The notes under the pieces were generated by a model. It was given only the letters and a program-made list of their open reading frames with translations, made no database searches and was not told the origin of the DNA. The position numbers and the translations under genes are program-made. A stretch of DNA of 64,000 nt from Azospirillum brasilense (GTDB lineage: Bacteria; Pseudomonadota; Alphaproteobacteria; Rickettsiales; UBA3002). Shown piece after piece: positions 53,459 to 64,000 of this stretch. Position 1 is the first letter of the stretch. Each line of letters opens with the position of its first letter. The DNA is taken from the NCBI GenBank assembly GCA_003241645.1, contig QFOX01000003.1, positions 1,500-65,499 of the forward strand, read 5' to 3'.

Positions 53459-53917
53459 ATGCTCGACTACCGCATTCACCCGGTTGGCCGCGGCCATTCC
53501 AAGATCCTCGCTGACCTGCATAAAGGCTGCTTCACCAAAGGCTGGGGGCATCTCGAATTCGAGAGCTTCTTCGAGCGCGCGGGCGTGTTCGCGGCCATTG
53601 CCTACCACAAGGAATCCAAGGCCGTGGGCTTCGTGCTATGCTGGCTGATCGAGGACCAGTGCGACCTGCTTTCCATGGGCGTGCTGGCCGATTACCGGCG
53701 CGACGGCGTGGGCCAGATGCTGCTGGATTACGCGCTCGAGAACGCGCGCCATATGGGGGCCAAGCACATGGTGCTGGAAGTGAACGTGAACAACAAGGCC
53801 GCCCGCGAGCTGTACGAGGCGCAGGGCTTCGAGCAATTCAGCACCCGCAAGGACTATTACAGCAATGCCGATGGCACCCGCGCCGACGCCAGCTGCATGC
53901 GCAAACCGCTGGCATAA
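53459..53917 (+). CDS. rimI: GNAT N-acetyltransferase, RimI-like
   Basis: Size is 152 aa. The RRDGVGQMLL acetyl-CoA site (Q/RxxGxG/A) and LEVNVNNKAARELYEAQGF are present. Confidence 0.7.
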   Translation: MLDYRIHPVGRGHSKILADLHKGCFTKGWGHLEFESFFERAGVFAAIAYHKESKAVGFVLCWLIEDQCDLLSMGVLADYRRDGVGQMLLDYALENARHMGAKHMVLEVNVNNKAARELYEAQGFEQFSTRKDYYSNADGTRADASCMRKPLA

Positions 53918-53964
53918 ATTCCCCTAGCCAAGAGCGCGGCCCGGCCCTATAACCCCGGCCACTT

Positions 53965-55203
53965 ATGGCACTGATCGTACAGAAATTCGGCGGCACGTCC
54001 GTCGCGAATATTGAGCGCATCAAGCACGTGGCGACCCACGTGCAGCGCGAGCTTGCCGCCGGGCACCAGGTCATCGTGGTGGTCTCGGCCATGGCAGGTG
54101 TGACCAACCAATTGCTGGATTATTGCGCCCAGATGAACGATCTGGTGAGCGATGCCGCCCGCGCCAACTGCGACCATGTGAGCGCCGCCGGCGAGCAGAT
54201 CACCTCGGGCCTGCTGGCGCTGCACCTGCAAAGCCTCGGCGTGCCCGCGCGCGCCTGGTGCGGCTGGCAGATCCCGCTGCGTAGCGACGGCATGTACACC
54301 AAAGCGCGCATCGACAGCATCGACACCAAGGCGATCCTGCAATCGCTGGCCGAGGGCAACGTGGCCGTGATCGCGGGCTTCCAGGGCATCAGCCCTGAGG
54401 GGCGCATCACCACGCTGGGCCGTGGTGGGTCGGATACGTCGGCCGTGGCCATTGCCGCGGCTTTCAATGCCGAGGTGTGCGACATCTACACCGATGTGGA
54501 CGGCGTCTACACCAGCGATCCGCGCATTGTCACCAAAGCGCGCAAGCTGGAAAAGGTCAGCTACGAAGAAATGCTCGAGATGGCGTCGCTCGGCAGCAAG
54601 GTGCTGCAGACCCGCTCGGTCGAGCTTGCCATGAACTATAAAGTCCGGGTGCGCGTGCGCTCCACCTTCGATGAAGCGCTGGGCACCTTACTGGTCGATG
54701 AGGAGGAAATTGTGGAACAACAACGCGTAACGGGCCTTGCCTACAGCCGCGATGAAGCGCGCATCACCCTCGTGAATGTCGAGAACCGCCCCGGCGTTTC
54801 CGCCGCCATTTTCGGCCCGCTGGCCGAGCGCGGCATCAACGTGGACATGATCGTGCAGAACGTCACCGAAGACGGCAAGTCGACCGATTTGACCTTCACC
54901 GTCAGCAAGGGCGAACTGGCCCGCGCGCTCGAGATCGTCAAGGGCGCGAACATGCCCAAATTCGAGACCGTGCACACCGATAGCAACGTAGCGAAAGTGT
55001 CCGTCATCGGCGTGGGCATGCGCAGCCATGCGGGTGTGGCCGCCGACATGTTCAAAACGCTGGCCGAGAAGAACATCAACATCATCGTCATCAGCACCTC
55101 GGAAATCAAGATCTCGGTGCTGGTCGAGGAAAGCTACATCGAGCTGGCGCTGCGTGCCCTGCACACCGCCTATGGCCTCGACGCTGCGGAAGAGAAGAAC
55201 TAG
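53965..55203 (+). CDS. lysC: aspartate kinase
   Basis: It has MALIVQKFGGTSVANIERI, VVVSAMAGVTN and two C-terminal ACT domains. Confidence 0.95.
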   Translation: MALIVQKFGGTSVANIERIKHVATHVQRELAAGHQVIVVVSAMAGVTNQLLDYCAQMNDLVSDAARANCDHVSAAGEQITSGLLALHLQSLGVPARAWCGWQIPLRSDGMYTKARIDSIDTKAILQSLAEGNVAVIAGFQGISPEGRITTLGRGGSDTSAVAIAAAFNAEVCDIYTDVDGVYTSDPRIVTKARKLEKVSYEEMLEMASLGSKVLQTRSVELAMNYKVRVRVRSTFDEALGTLLVDEEEIVEQQRVTGLAYSRDEARITLVNVENRPGVSAAIFGPLAERGINVDMIVQNVTEDGKSTDLTFTVSKGELARALEIVKGANMPKFETVHTDSNVAKVSVIGVGMRSHAGVAADMFKTLAEKNINIIVISTSEIKISVLVEESYIELALRALHTAYGLDAAEEKN

Positions 55204-55215
55204 GTTCGCACCTGT

Positions 55216-55926
55216 ATGAAGCGCGCCGCACGGTATCTCGGTCAATTGGTGCGGGTTAGCGTGTGGGGTGGCCTTGCAAGCATTCTGCTGTACTTGGCAT
55301 ATACGCTGGTCACGCCTTATCGCTATGAGGACCTTCCGCCGCTGAAAGATGGCGACATTGTTTTCCAGACCATCAACACGTCCCAAACGCTGGCTATCAT
55401 GTTTGCGACACACAGCGTGTATAGCCACGTGGGTGTTGTTGAAATGCGCGATGGCAAACCCATGGTCATCGAAGCGGTCGGCCCGGTACGTGTCATCTCG
55501 CTTGATAAATGGGTGAACCAGGGCATGCGCGACCGTGTGGCCATTGCGCGCGTGGATGGTTTGACCGCTGAGCAGGGTAAGGCCACGGTTGCTGCCGCGA
55601 AAGCATATCTGGGCAAGCCTTATGACTTCTATTTTCTCGACGATGAGAAGCGAATCTATTGCAGCGAACTCGTCTACAAAGCGTTCCAAAAGGGTGCAGG
55701 CATTCCTGTCGGCACAGTAGAAAAAGTAGGTGATCTCAGCGTCGATAATTTCTTTGTTCGGGATCTTATCAGAAAGCGCTGGCACAACTATCCGCCCTGT
55801 GATGGACAAAAAAGTTTTGATGCCTGTTACGCAACTGTTATGCAGCAATCACTGGTTTCGCCCGTTTCGCTGGAGCGCGATGAAAAGGTGAAACTCATTT
55901 ACTCCAACTACGGTTTAACGCCATGA
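55216..55926 (+). CDS. YiiX-family permuted papain-like (NlpC/P60 superfamily) enzyme
   Basis: An N-terminal TM helix is followed by GDIVF, YSHVGVV (His) and IYCSELVYKAF (Cys) in permuted order. G+C is visibly lower than in the neighbours. Confidence 0.65.
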   Translation: MKRAARYLGQLVRVSVWGGLASILLYLAYTLVTPYRYEDLPPLKDGDIVFQTINTSQTLAIMFATHSVYSHVGVVEMRDGKPMVIEAVGPVRVISLDKWVNQGMRDRVAIARVDGLTAEQGKATVAAAKAYLGKPYDFYFLDDEKRIYCSELVYKAFQKGAGIPVGTVEKVGDLSVDNFFVRDLIRKRWHNYPPCDGQKSFDACYATVMQQSLVSPVSLERDEKVKLIYSNYGLTP

Positions 55927-56921
55927 CACATAATCTATCGCAACTCTGGGCCCGTGGAGTCGAATTTTTGGGCTCCAAACACGCCATCATGGGCGGGGCG
56001 ATGAGCTGGGTGTCCGAGCGGAATCTGGTAGCCGCCATGAGCAATGCGGGCGCGTTCGGCGTCATCGCCGCCAGCTCCATGCCGCCGGAGCTGCTGGATA
56101 AAGAGATCAAGGCCACGCAGGCGCTCACGCAGAAGCCGTTCGGCGTGAACCTCATCATCATGCACCCGCAGCTGGCGGAGCTGGTCGAAATTTGTATCGC
56201 CAACACCGTGACCCACGTAGTGCTGGCGGGCGGCGTGCCGAAGGGCCCCACCATTGCGCGCCTGAAGGAGGGCGGGGCGAAGGTCATCTGCTTCGCACCC
56301 ACGGCGGCGCTGGGCAAGAAGCTCGTTAAAATGGGGGCGGATGCGCTGGTCATCGAAGGCGCGGAAGCGGGTGGCCATATCGGCCCGGTTTCCACCTCCG
56401 TGCTGGCGCAGGAGATCCTGCCCGTGATCAAGGACGTGCCGGTGTTCGTGGCGGGCGGCATCGGCCGCGGTGAAGCCATGGTCAGCTACCTCGAGATGGG
56501 CGCCTCCGGCGTGCAGCTGGGCACGCGTTTTGTGTGCGCCGAAGAATGCGTGGCGCACGAGAATTTCAAGAAAGCCTTCATCAACGCCAATGCGCGCGAT
56601 GCGGTCGCCAGCGTGCAGTATCACCCGGATTTTCCGGTCATTCCCGTGCGCGCCATCGCCAACAAAGCGTCCGACGAGTTCACCCGCTTCCAGAAAGAAA
56701 CGGTGGAGAAGGTCTTCGCAGGTGCACAAACCAAGGACGAAGGCCAGCTGGCCATTGAGCATTTCTGGGCCGGCAGCCTGCGCAAAGCCGTGGTGGACGG
56801 CGACGTGGAGCGTGGTTCGCTGATGGCGGGCCAGAGCGTGGGCATGGTGCAGCGCATTCAAAGCTGCCAAGAAATTGTTGACGAACTGGTGCAGCAGGCC
56901 ACAGAATACCTGTCGCAATAG
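55923..56921 (+). CDS. nitronate monooxygenase / FabK-like NAD(P)H-dependent flavin oxidoreductase
   Basis: IMGGAMSWVSERNLVAAMSNAGAFGVIA, GVNLI, EGAEAGGHIG and VFVAGGIGRGE are typical of the NMO/2-nitropropane dioxygenase family. Confidence 0.8.
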   Translation: MTHNLSQLWARGVEFLGSKHAIMGGAMSWVSERNLVAAMSNAGAFGVIAASSMPPELLDKEIKATQALTQKPFGVNLIIMHPQLAELVEICIANTVTHVVLAGGVPKGPTIARLKEGGAKVICFAPTAALGKKLVKMGADALVIEGAEAGGHIGPVSTSVLAQEILPVIKDVPVFVAGGIGRGEAMVSYLEMGASGVQLGTRFVCAEECVAHENFKKAFINANARDAVASVQYHPDFPVIPVRAIANKASDEFTRFQKETVEKVFAGAQTKDEGQLAIEHFWAGSLRKAVVDGDVERGSLMAGQSVGMVQRIQSCQEIVDELVQQATEYLSQ

Positions 56922-57014
56922 CACGGCAGGCCTGCAATCTTTGCAGTATCGATAATACGCACGCGCCGATACCGTTGCAGCGGATGGAACAAACGTCTTA
57001 GCGGCAGGTGAATT

Positions 57015-59309
57015 TTGGCAAGCATCATCCCCATTGATCCAGCGATGTCGGCGCTTCAGGCGCCCATCCTGTTGTTGCGCAAAGTGCGCGACGCGATGAT
57101 GGCGCCGAGTGACTCTGCCCAAGGCCGGCTCGACACGCTGGTGAAGACCATCGCCGAAGCGCTGCAATCCGATGTGTGCTCGATCTACCTCGCGCGGCCG
57201 GGCGATATTCTGGAACTGTTCGCCAGCCATGGCCTGAAACGCGACGCGGTGCATGTGACCCGCCTGCGCGTGGGCGAGGGGCTGGTGGGCGAGGTCGCCG
57301 CCAGCGGGCTGGACCTCAACCTTGCCGACCCGGCCAAGCACCCCAAATTCGCTTACCGCCCGGAAACCGGCGAGGAAATTTACAATAGCTTCATCGGCGT
57401 GCCGCTGCTGCACAGCCACCGCACCATCGGCGTGCTGGTGGTGCAAAGCAAGGCCGCGCGCACTTATTCCGACGAGCTGGCCGAAGTGCTGCACGCGGTG
57501 GCCATGGTCATTTCCGAACTGGCCATCGGCAGCAAGGTGGTGGACCTTTACGAGATCACCGGCACCGAACACCCGACCCTGCAATCGCAGCAGATCACCG
57601 GGCAGACGCTGGCGGGCGGCATTGCCAAAGCACCCATCGTGCTGCACCGCCCGAAGATCGAGATCACCAAGCTGGTGAGCGACTCGCCGGACGAGGAGGA
57701 GCGGCGCTTCCACAACGCGCTCGCGTCGCTGCAGGAATCGGTGGATGCGATGATCACCGCCAGCGGGCTGGAAGAGGGCTCCGACCACCGCGATATTCTC
57801 GAAAGCTACCGCCTGTTCTCGCAGGACCGTGGGTGGATCGACCGCATCGTCGAAGCCATCCACACCGGCCTCACCGCCGAGGCTGCGGTGCGCAAAGTGC
57901 AGGAAGAAATGCACGCGCGCCTGAGCCAGATCACCAGCGTGTACATTCAGGAGCGCATCCACGATCTGGAGGACCTCTCCGAGCGGCTGCTGTACCACTT
58001 GCAGGGCATCAACCCTTCGGCGGCGCAGGGCGTGCTGCCGGATTCGTTCATTCTGGTGGCCGCGTCGCTGGGCCCGGCCGAACTGCTGGAATACGATGCG
58101 TCGCGCATCAAGGGCGTCATCATGGCGGAAGGCACGCCGACGAGCCATGTCGCCATCATTGCGCGGATGATGGATATTCCCATGATCGGCCGGGTCGAGA
58201 GCATTCTCACCATGGTGCAGCCGGGTGATCTGTGCGTGGTGCAGGGCGACCAGGGCCAGGTCTATGTGCGCCCGCCGGAAGATATTGAGGCCGCGGTGGA
58301 TGCCGAGATCGCCGCGCGCGCCTTCCAGACCGCCATCTATGCCGCCACGCGCGACCTGCCCGCCGAAACGAAAGATGGCGAGCGCATTTCGCTGAATTTG
58401 AACCTCGGGCTTTTCGTCAATCCCGACCACCTCGCCGCGCCCGACGTGGATGGGGTGGGCCTGTTCCGCACCGAGCTGCCCTACATGGCCAGCCGCGAAC
58501 TGCCCACGGTGGAAGAGCAGCAGCGCATCTACCGCGACGCGATCGAGAAGGCGCGGGGCAAGAAAGTCATTTTCCGCGCGTTCGATATTGGTGGGGATAA
58601 GCAGGTTCCCTACATCCAGACCGAGGACGAGGAAAACCCCGCCATGGGCTGGCGTGCTACACGCATCGGGCTGGATCGTCCGGTCATCCTGCGCCAGCAG
58701 TTCCGCGCGCTCATTCGCGCCGCCGCGGGCGAACAGCTCTATGTCATGTTCCCCTTCATTGCCGAGGTGAGCGAGTTCGACGCCGTGAAGCTGTTGCTGC
58801 AGCGCGAACTGCAACGCGCCAAGGACGAGGGCATCACCCCGCCCAAGGCCGTCAAGACCGGCACCATGCTGGAGATCCCGTCGTTGCTGTTCCAACTGCC
58901 GGAACTGTGCGAGCGGGTGGATTTCATCTCCATCGGCAGCAACGACCTACTGCAGTTCCTGTTCGCGTGCGACCGGGGCTCGTCGAAAGTGGGTGGGCGT
59001 TACGACCCGCTGAACCCTATCGTCATGCGCGCCATCCAGTCCATCGCCACCACCGCCGCCGAATACAAAGTCGAGCTGGGCTTCTGCGGTGACATGGCCA
59101 CCCGCCCGCTGGATGCGATGGCGCTGATCGCCTGCGGCGTGCGCGCGCTGTCCATGCCGCCAGCGTCCATCGGCCCGGTGAAAGCCATGCTGCGCAGCAT
59201 GGATGTGCGCGCCATGCGCAGCTACCTCGATTACGTCTGCACCGAGCCGCTGCACACCATCCGCCCGGCGCTGGAGCGCTTTGCCCGCGACCACGGCGTG
59301 GAAGTGTAG
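57015..59309 (+). CDS. ptsP: phosphoenolpyruvate-protein phosphotransferase EI-Ntr (GAF + PEP-utilising domains)
   Basis: The N-terminal GAF domain (SDVCSIYLARPGD...IGVPLL) is followed by GTPTSHVAIIARMMDIP (phospho-His) and GSNDLLQF. The start is uncertain (TTG 57015 or ATG 57045). Confidence 0.9.
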   Translation: MASIIPIDPAMSALQAPILLLRKVRDAMMAPSDSAQGRLDTLVKTIAEALQSDVCSIYLARPGDILELFASHGLKRDAVHVTRLRVGEGLVGEVAASGLDLNLADPAKHPKFAYRPETGEEIYNSFIGVPLLHSHRTIGVLVVQSKAARTYSDELAEVLHAVAMVISELAIGSKVVDLYEITGTEHPTLQSQQITGQTLAGGIAKAPIVLHRPKIEITKLVSDSPDEEERRFHNALASLQESVDAMITASGLEEGSDHRDILESYRLFSQDRGWIDRIVEAIHTGLTAEAAVRKVQEEMHARLSQITSVYIQERIHDLEDLSERLLYHLQGINPSAAQGVLPDSFILVAASLGPAELLEYDASRIKGVIMAEGTPTSHVAIIARMMDIPMIGRVESILTMVQPGDLCVVQGDQGQVYVRPPEDIEAAVDAEIAARAFQTAIYAATRDLPAETKDGERISLNLNLGLFVNPDHLAAPDVDGVGLFRTELPYMASRELPTVEEQQRIYRDAIEKARGKKVIFRAFDIGGDKQVPYIQTEDEENPAMGWRATRIGLDRPVILRQQFRALIRAAAGEQLYVMFPFIAEVSEFDAVKLLLQRELQRAKDEGITPPKAVKTGTMLEIPSLLFQLPELCERVDFISIGSNDLLQFLFACDRGSSKVGGRYDPLNPIVMRAIQSIATTAAEYKVELGFCGDMATRPLDAMALIACGVRALSMPPASIGPVKAMLRSMDVRAMRSYLDYVCTEPLHTIRPALERFARDHGVEV

Positions 59310-59362
59310 CCACCCGCATGCTGCCGCTTGCACGTGCGCGCGTAATTCACTAAAACCGCGCC

Positions 59363-60223
59363 ATGAGTGCTCACACCCCCATGCGTTTGCCGGATCATTT
59401 GTCGCGTGCCGATATCGGCGCTTACATGCGCGACCTGCGCCGCCATTACGGCCTGAGCGAGCAGGACGTGTCGGAACGGCTGCATATCCGCGCGAAATAC
59501 GTGACCGCGATCGAAGAAGCGAATTTCGACGCGATGCCCGGCAAAGCCTATGCGCGCGGCTATGTGCACACCTACGCTGAATTTCTGGGGCTGGATGCCG
59601 ACCATGTGGTCGAGCGCTGCTTCGGCGCCGAGCTGGCGCGCGAGGTGCAGGCCCACACCCTGCCGGATTCCACGCGCTGGACCATGGCGTCGCGCCGCAA
59701 TGGCAGCATGGCGTTGGTGGTGCTGGTGGTGGCGGCGCTGGGCTATTTCCTGTTCTTCAACGGCGACGATGCACCGCAGCAAAACCAGCCGGATGTGGCG
59801 AGCGTGCCCGCCGTGCCGGAGGAATATCTGGAAAGCATGCGCACGCAGCTGATGCCCACGCGCGACACGTTCGATTGCCTCGTTGCCGAGCGCACGCTTG
59901 GCTGCTTCAGCGCGCAGCGCGTCACCCGCCAATGGGTGAACCCGCATGCCGTGCCCGACATGGCCCCTGCCGCGGTGGAGCCGGATGCTTCGCCGCTGGG
60001 CGAGGACGCTGCCGCTGCTGAAAACGAGGCGCAGGACGAAGCAGAAAAACCCGCACCCAAGGCCGCATCCGAAGCACCGAAGGATCTCGCGGCGGAGCTG
60101 AAGAAAAAGCAAACGAACGCCGATACCAAGGCGGAAAACGCACCCGCGAAAAAGCCGGACGCCACGGCCGAAGAAGACACGCCCGCAGAGAAAAAAGAAG
60201 ACGCGACCGAGGAGCAGGAATGA
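59363..60223 (+). CDS. RodZ-like helix-turn-helix membrane protein
   Basis: HTH_25-like region is [61 protein letters not shown]. It has a single TM helix ([17 protein letters not shown]). Its position directly upstream of ispG matches rodZ-ispG in gamma-proteobacteria. Confidence 0.7.
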   Translation: MSAHTPMRLPDHLSRADIGAYMRDLRRHYGLSEQDVSERLHIRAKYVTAIEEANFDAMPGKAYARGYVHTYAEFLGLDADHVVERCFGAELAREVQAHTLPDSTRWTMASRRNGSMALVVLVVAALGYFLFFNGDDAPQQNQPDVASVPAVPEEYLESMRTQLMPTRDTFDCLVAERTLGCFSAQRVTRQWVNPHAVPDMAPAAVEPDASPLGEDAAAAENEAQDEAEKPAPKAASEAPKDLAAELKKKQTNADTKAENAPAKKPDATAEEDTPAEKKEDATEEQE

Positions 60224-61440
60224 TGCGCCGCGTGTCGCATGCAGGGCGCATTGGCCATGTCGCCATCGGTGGTGATGCGCCCATCGTGGTGCAATCCATG
60301 ACCAACACCGACACGGCCGACGTGGCCGCCACCATCGCACAGGTCAAGCTGCTGGCGGATGCGGGCTCGGAGCTGGTGCGCATTACCGTGAACAACGAAG
60401 CCGCCGCGCGCGGCGTGGCCCCCATCCGCGAGGGGTTGGACGCGCTGGGTTGCAATGTGCCGCTGGTGGGCGATTTCCATTATAACGGTCACCGCCTGCT
60501 GACGAGCTTTCCCGAAATGGCGCAGGCGCTGGCGAAATACCGCATCAACCCCGGCAATGTTGGCTTCGGCGAGAAAATGGACAGCCAGTTCTCGCAGATG
60601 ATCGAGATCGCGCTGCATAACGATAAGCCTGTGCGCATCGGCGTGAACTGGGGCTCGATGGATCAGGCGCTGTTGGCGAAACTGATGGACGCGAACGCGG
60701 TCCTGCCGCAGCCGAAAGAAGCCGAACAAGTGGCGCGCGACGCGCTCGTGCAATCGGCGCTCAATAACGCCGCGCGCGCCGAAGCGCTGGGCATGGCACC
60801 GGGGAATATTTTCCTCTCGGCCAAGGTCAGCCGTGTGCAGGACCTCATCGCGGTCTACCGCGCGCTCGCGGCGCAATGCCGTTATGCGCTGCATCTTGGC
60901 CTCACCGAGGCGGGCATGGGCAGCAAAGGCATCGTCGCCTCCAGCGCCGCACTCGCTGTGCTGCTGCAGGAAGGCATCGGCGATACGATCCGCATTTCAC
61001 TGACGCCCGAGCCGAATGGCGACCGCCGTCAGGAGGTCATCGTGGCGCAGGAATTGCTGCAGACCATGGGGCTGCGCAATTTCACGCCGCTGGTCACGGC
61101 GTGCCCGGGCTGCGGCCGCACCACCAGCACCTATTTCCAGGAACTGGCCGACGATATCCAGAAATACCTGCGCGCGCGCATGCCCGTATGGGGCAAGGAA
61201 TATCCGGGGGCGGAGGCCATGAACGTGGCGGTCATGGGCTGCATCGTCAACGGCCCGGGCGAAAGCAAGCACGCGCATATCGGCATTTCCTTGCCCGGCA
61301 CGGGCGAATCGCCGGTGGCCCCGGTGTTCGAGGATGGCGTGAAGGTCGCCACTTTGCGCGGCGACAGCATCGCCGAGGAATTCAAGGCGCGGCTCGAAGC
61401 CTACGTGGCGCGAAAATTCGGACATCCCAAGGCGGCCTGA
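60220..61440 (+). CDS. ispG: 4-hydroxy-3-methylbut-2-en-1-yl diphosphate synthase
   Basis: Motifs are [22 protein letters not shown] and CPGCGRT, plus the GCIVNGPGE Fe-S ligand region. Confidence 0.93.
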   Translation: MMRRVSHAGRIGHVAIGGDAPIVVQSMTNTDTADVAATIAQVKLLADAGSELVRITVNNEAAARGVAPIREGLDALGCNVPLVGDFHYNGHRLLTSFPEMAQALAKYRINPGNVGFGEKMDSQFSQMIEIALHNDKPVRIGVNWGSMDQALLAKLMDANAVLPQPKEAEQVARDALVQSALNNAARAEALGMAPGNIFLSAKVSRVQDLIAVYRALAAQCRYALHLGLTEAGMGSKGIVASSAALAVLLQEGIGDTIRISLTPEPNGDRRQEVIVAQELLQTMGLRNFTPLVTACPGCGRTTSTYFQELADDIQKYLRARMPVWGKEYPGAEAMNVAVMGCIVNGPGESKHAHIGISLPGTGESPVAPVFEDGVKVATLRGDSIAEEFKARLEAYVARKFGHPKAA

Positions 61441-61442
61441 TC

Positions 61443-61526
61443 GTCATTGCGAGCAAACTGCGAAGCAATCCAGTCCTGAGAGCCCGTATCCCTGGATTGC
61501 CGCGTCGCTTCGCTCCTCGCAATGAC
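61443..61526. repeat. 85-bp palindromic element (family A), copy 3
   Basis: GTCATTGCGAGCAAACTGCGAAGCAATCCAG...CTGGATTGCCGCGTCGCTTCGCTCCTCGCAATGAC starts 3 nt after the ispG stop. Confidence 0.9.
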
Positions 61527-61652
61527 GTATTATATGCTTGCCAGCCGCATTCCACCCGGCTAACAACCAAGCACCGCATGCAAGGGCGTGCGTGGAAGAA
61601 GCAGGCGAGCGACGCCGCTTCGCCAACCTAGGATAAGTGAATTGAAACGTTA

Positions 61653-62918
61653 ATGGCCCAAGCCCTCCAACCCGTTCGCGGCACGCACGACCTGCTGGCC
61701 GATGATTTCGCCGCCCACCAACACGTGGCGCTTACCGCGCAGGCCATTGCCCAGCGCTATGGCTATGGCCGGGTGGATACGCCCATTTTTGAATTCTCCG
61801 AAGTGTTCCACCGCGCCGTTGGCGAAACCTCGGACATCGTGTCGAAAGAAACCTACAGCTTCACCGACCGTGGCGGCGAAAGCCTGACGCTGCGGCCGGA
61901 ATTCACCGCCGCCATCGTGCGCAGCTACATCAGCAACGGGCTGCAGCAATTCGCGCCGTACAAATGCTTCTACCATGGCCCGGCCTTCCGCTACGAGCGC
62001 CCGCAGAAGGGCCGCCTGCGCCAGTTCCACCAGATCGGGGCGGAGCTGCTGGGCGCGTCGGAGCCGACGGCGGATATCGAGATCATCGCGCTGGGCATGC
62101 ATATCCTTGAATCGCTGGGTTTGAGCCAGTCCGTGCAGCTGGAGATCAATTCGCTGGGCGACGCTGAATCGCGCAGCAATTACCGCAACCAGCTGGTCGA
62201 TTATTTGCAGGGCCACCGCAGCAGCCTGTCGGAAGATAGCCTGAAACGGCTGGAGAAAAATCCGCTGCGCATCCTCGATTCGAAGGACGAGGGCGACCGC
62301 GCCATCATCGCCGAAGCACCGAACCTGCACGACGCGTTCAACGATGCGTCGAAGGCGTTCTTCGCCCGCGTGCTGGAAGGGCTCGCCAGCCTGAACATCA
62401 CCCCGGTCATCAACACCAAGCTGGTGCGCGGGCTGGATTATTATTCGCACACCGTGTTCGAGGTGACGACCACGCAGCTGGGTGCGCAAGGCACCGTGCT
62501 TGCCGGTGGGCGCTATGACGGGCTGGTGGAACTGATGGGTGGGCCCGCCACCGCCGGCATCGGCTTCGCCGCCGGGGTCGAGCGCCTCGCCGCGCTGATG
62601 CAGGAACTGGGCAGCATGCCCGCGCGCGCGGCCGTGGCCGACGTGGCCGTGGTGCCGATGCAGGACGCCGCCGAGGGCGCGGCCTGGGGCATCGCGCAAA
62701 GCCTGCGCCATGCCGGCTTCAAGACCGAGATCGCCTACAAGGGCAAAGGCGGCAAACGCCTGCAGCGCGCCGATAAACTGGGCGCGACCTTTGCCATCAT
62801 GCTGGGCGACGACGAGCTCGCCGCCGGCACCGCCACCATCAAAAACCTGAAAGACGGCAGCCAGCAGACCGTGCCGCAGTCGCAGATCATTCCTACCCTT
62901 TCCCGCATGAGCCGCTAA
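61653..62918 (+). CDS. hisS: histidine--tRNA ligase
   Basis: Motifs are [37 protein letters not shown] and GGRYDGLV, with an anticodon-binding C-terminal domain. Confidence 0.95.
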   Translation: MAQALQPVRGTHDLLADDFAAHQHVALTAQAIAQRYGYGRVDTPIFEFSEVFHRAVGETSDIVSKETYSFTDRGGESLTLRPEFTAAIVRSYISNGLQQFAPYKCFYHGPAFRYERPQKGRLRQFHQIGAELLGASEPTADIEIIALGMHILESLGLSQSVQLEINSLGDAESRSNYRNQLVDYLQGHRSSLSEDSLKRLEKNPLRILDSKDEGDRAIIAEAPNLHDAFNDASKAFFARVLEGLASLNITPVINTKLVRGLDYYSHTVFEVTTTQLGAQGTVLAGGRYDGLVELMGGPATAGIGFAAGVERLAALMQELGSMPARAAVADVAVVPMQDAAEGAAWGIAQSLRHAGFKTEIAYKGKGGKRLQRADKLGATFAIMLGDDELAAGTATIKNLKDGSQQTVPQSQIIPTLSRMSR

Positions 62919-63991
62919 TGTCGTTTGAAAAGAAAATTGATGGCATCATTGCCCGCCACAAAGAGCTGGGCGATGCCGTATCCAACCCCGAAGCGCTGAA
63001 GGGCGGCGAATTCGCCAAGCTCAGCAAGGAATATTCCGACCTCACCGAGATCGTGGAGACCGCGCTGGCGTGGAAGACCGCACGGCAGGAGCTGGAAGAC
63101 GCGAAGGCCATGATCAACGGCAAGGACGCCGACATGCGCGAACTCGCGCTGGAAGAAAAAGCCCAGCTCGACGTGCTGGTGCCTAAACTGACCGAAGAAT
63201 TACAGGTGCTGCTGCTGCCGAAGGACGAGGCGGATGCGAAGAACGCCATTCTGGAAGTGCGCGCCGGCACCGGTGGCGACGAAGCGGCCCTGTTCGCGGC
63301 CGAACTGTTCCGCATGTACCAGCGTTTCGCCGAGCTTCAGGGCTGGCGTTTTGAGGTGCTGGAAGTGTCCGAAGGCAGCCTTGGTGGCTACAAGGACGCG
63401 CAGGCGAGCATCTCGGGCAAGAACGTGTTCCAGAAACTGAAGTTCGAATCCGGCGTGCACCGCGTGCAGCGCGTGCCCGCCACCGAAACGCAAGGCCGCA
63501 TCCACACCTCGGCGGCGACCGTGGCCGTGTTGCCCGAGGCCGAGGACGTGGACATCCAGATCAACGAGAATGACCTGCGCATCGACGTGTTCCGCAGCTC
63601 CGGCCCCGGCGGGCAGTCGGTGAACACCACCGACTCGGCAGTGCGCATCGTGCATATCCCCACCGGCGTGACCGTGCAGTGCCAGGACGAGAAATCGCAG
63701 CATAAGAACAAAGCCAAGGCGTTGAAAATTCTGCGCGCACGTTTGTATGACGCGGAATACCAGAAGCGCGAAGCCGAACGCTCCGCCAGCCGCAAAGGGC
63801 AGGTGGGCAGCGGCGATCGTTCCGAGCGCATCCGCACCTACAACTTCCCGCAGGGCCGCGTGACCGACCACCGCATCAACATGACGCAATACAACCTCGA
63901 TCAGGTGGTCGAGGGTTCGGGCCTTGCTGCCTTCTGCGATGCGCTCATCGCCGAGGATCAGGCCGCCAAACTGGCCGAGGTGCGCGAGTAA
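62918..63991 (+). CDS. prfA: peptide chain release factor 1
   Basis: It has the PAT anticodon-mimic tripeptide (RVPATE) and the GGQ motif ([18 protein letters not shown]). Its ATG overlaps the hisS TAA. Confidence 0.95.
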   Translation: MSFEKKIDGIIARHKELGDAVSNPEALKGGEFAKLSKEYSDLTEIVETALAWKTARQELEDAKAMINGKDADMRELALEEKAQLDVLVPKLTEELQVLLLPKDEADAKNAILEVRAGTGGDEAALFAAELFRMYQRFAELQGWRFEVLEVSEGSLGGYKDAQASISGKNVFQKLKFESGVHRVQRVPATETQGRIHTSAATVAVLPEAEDVDIQINENDLRIDVFRSSGPGGQSVNTTDSAVRIVHIPTGVTVQCQDEKSQHKNKAKALKILRARLYDAEYQKREAERSASRKGQVGSGDRSERIRTYNFPQGRVTDHRINMTQYNLDQVVEGSGLAAFCDALIAEDQAAKLAEVRE

Positions 63992-64000
63992 TGACCACCA

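Noticed and set aside
55935-58895. 986-aa minus-strand ORF opposite the oxidoreductase and ptsP genes
   Set aside because: This is a shadow ORF in a GC-rich region. The plus strand encodes clear NMO and EI-Ntr proteins, and I recognise no domain on the minus strand.
63990-64000. Start of a further gene (ATG overlapping the prfA stop, TAATG)
   Set aside because: Only 11 nt are in the window. It is probably prmC by synteny, but this cannot be supported from the sequence shown.

Overview
This is a GC-rich 64-kb chromosomal segment, roughly 60-65 % G+C by eye. Gene content and local synteny look alphaproteobacterial: ahcY next to a DivL-type kinase homologue, lysC...ptsP, secA / parvulin PPIase-argJ / mutT, plus ubiG, purU and folD. 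All product calls come from motif reading only; no searches were run.

I call 63 protein-coding genes. One of them, a 49-aa DUF2256-type zinc-ribbon gene, is below the ORF-track cutoff. I also call one tRNA-Gly(CCC), four hairpin terminators, one tandem coding repeat and nine copies of four short palindromic repeat families. I see no rRNA, CRISPR array, transposase, integrase, prophage or recognisable defence genes. Most of the window is housekeeping: fatty-acid beta-oxidation, C1/folate, aminoacyl-tRNA synthetases, SecA, IspG and RF1.

The most unusual signals:
1. A GC-rich hairpin repeat sits in-frame inside two housekeeping genes (TrxR-type ferredoxin-NADP reductase and mutY), in two different reading frames, with a third, longer intergenic copy. 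This resembles the Rickettsia palindromic elements.
2. Three further palindromic element families abut stop codons, fill a whole divergent promoter region and split conserved gene pairs.
3. A 441-bp ORF of about 38-40 % G+C encodes a 3-TM protein and is wedged exactly between thiC and a CoA-binding-protein gene.
4. An accessory-looking two-gene module (35.2-37.8 kb) encodes a 649-aa protein with peptidoglycan-binding-like repeats and a PSTGA tandem repeat, followed by a degenerate Nudix protein.
5. A 118-aa protein carries only a flagellin C-terminal helix signature and lies next to an orphan prepilin-like gene.
6. Several fusions or extensions stand out: a Mesh1/SpoT-like HD hydrolase with an unknown 220-aa domain, and citrate synthase with a Lys/Ala/Pro-rich tail.

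I cannot name a complete novel multi-gene system with confidence. The findings are ranked by how well the sequence itself supports them.
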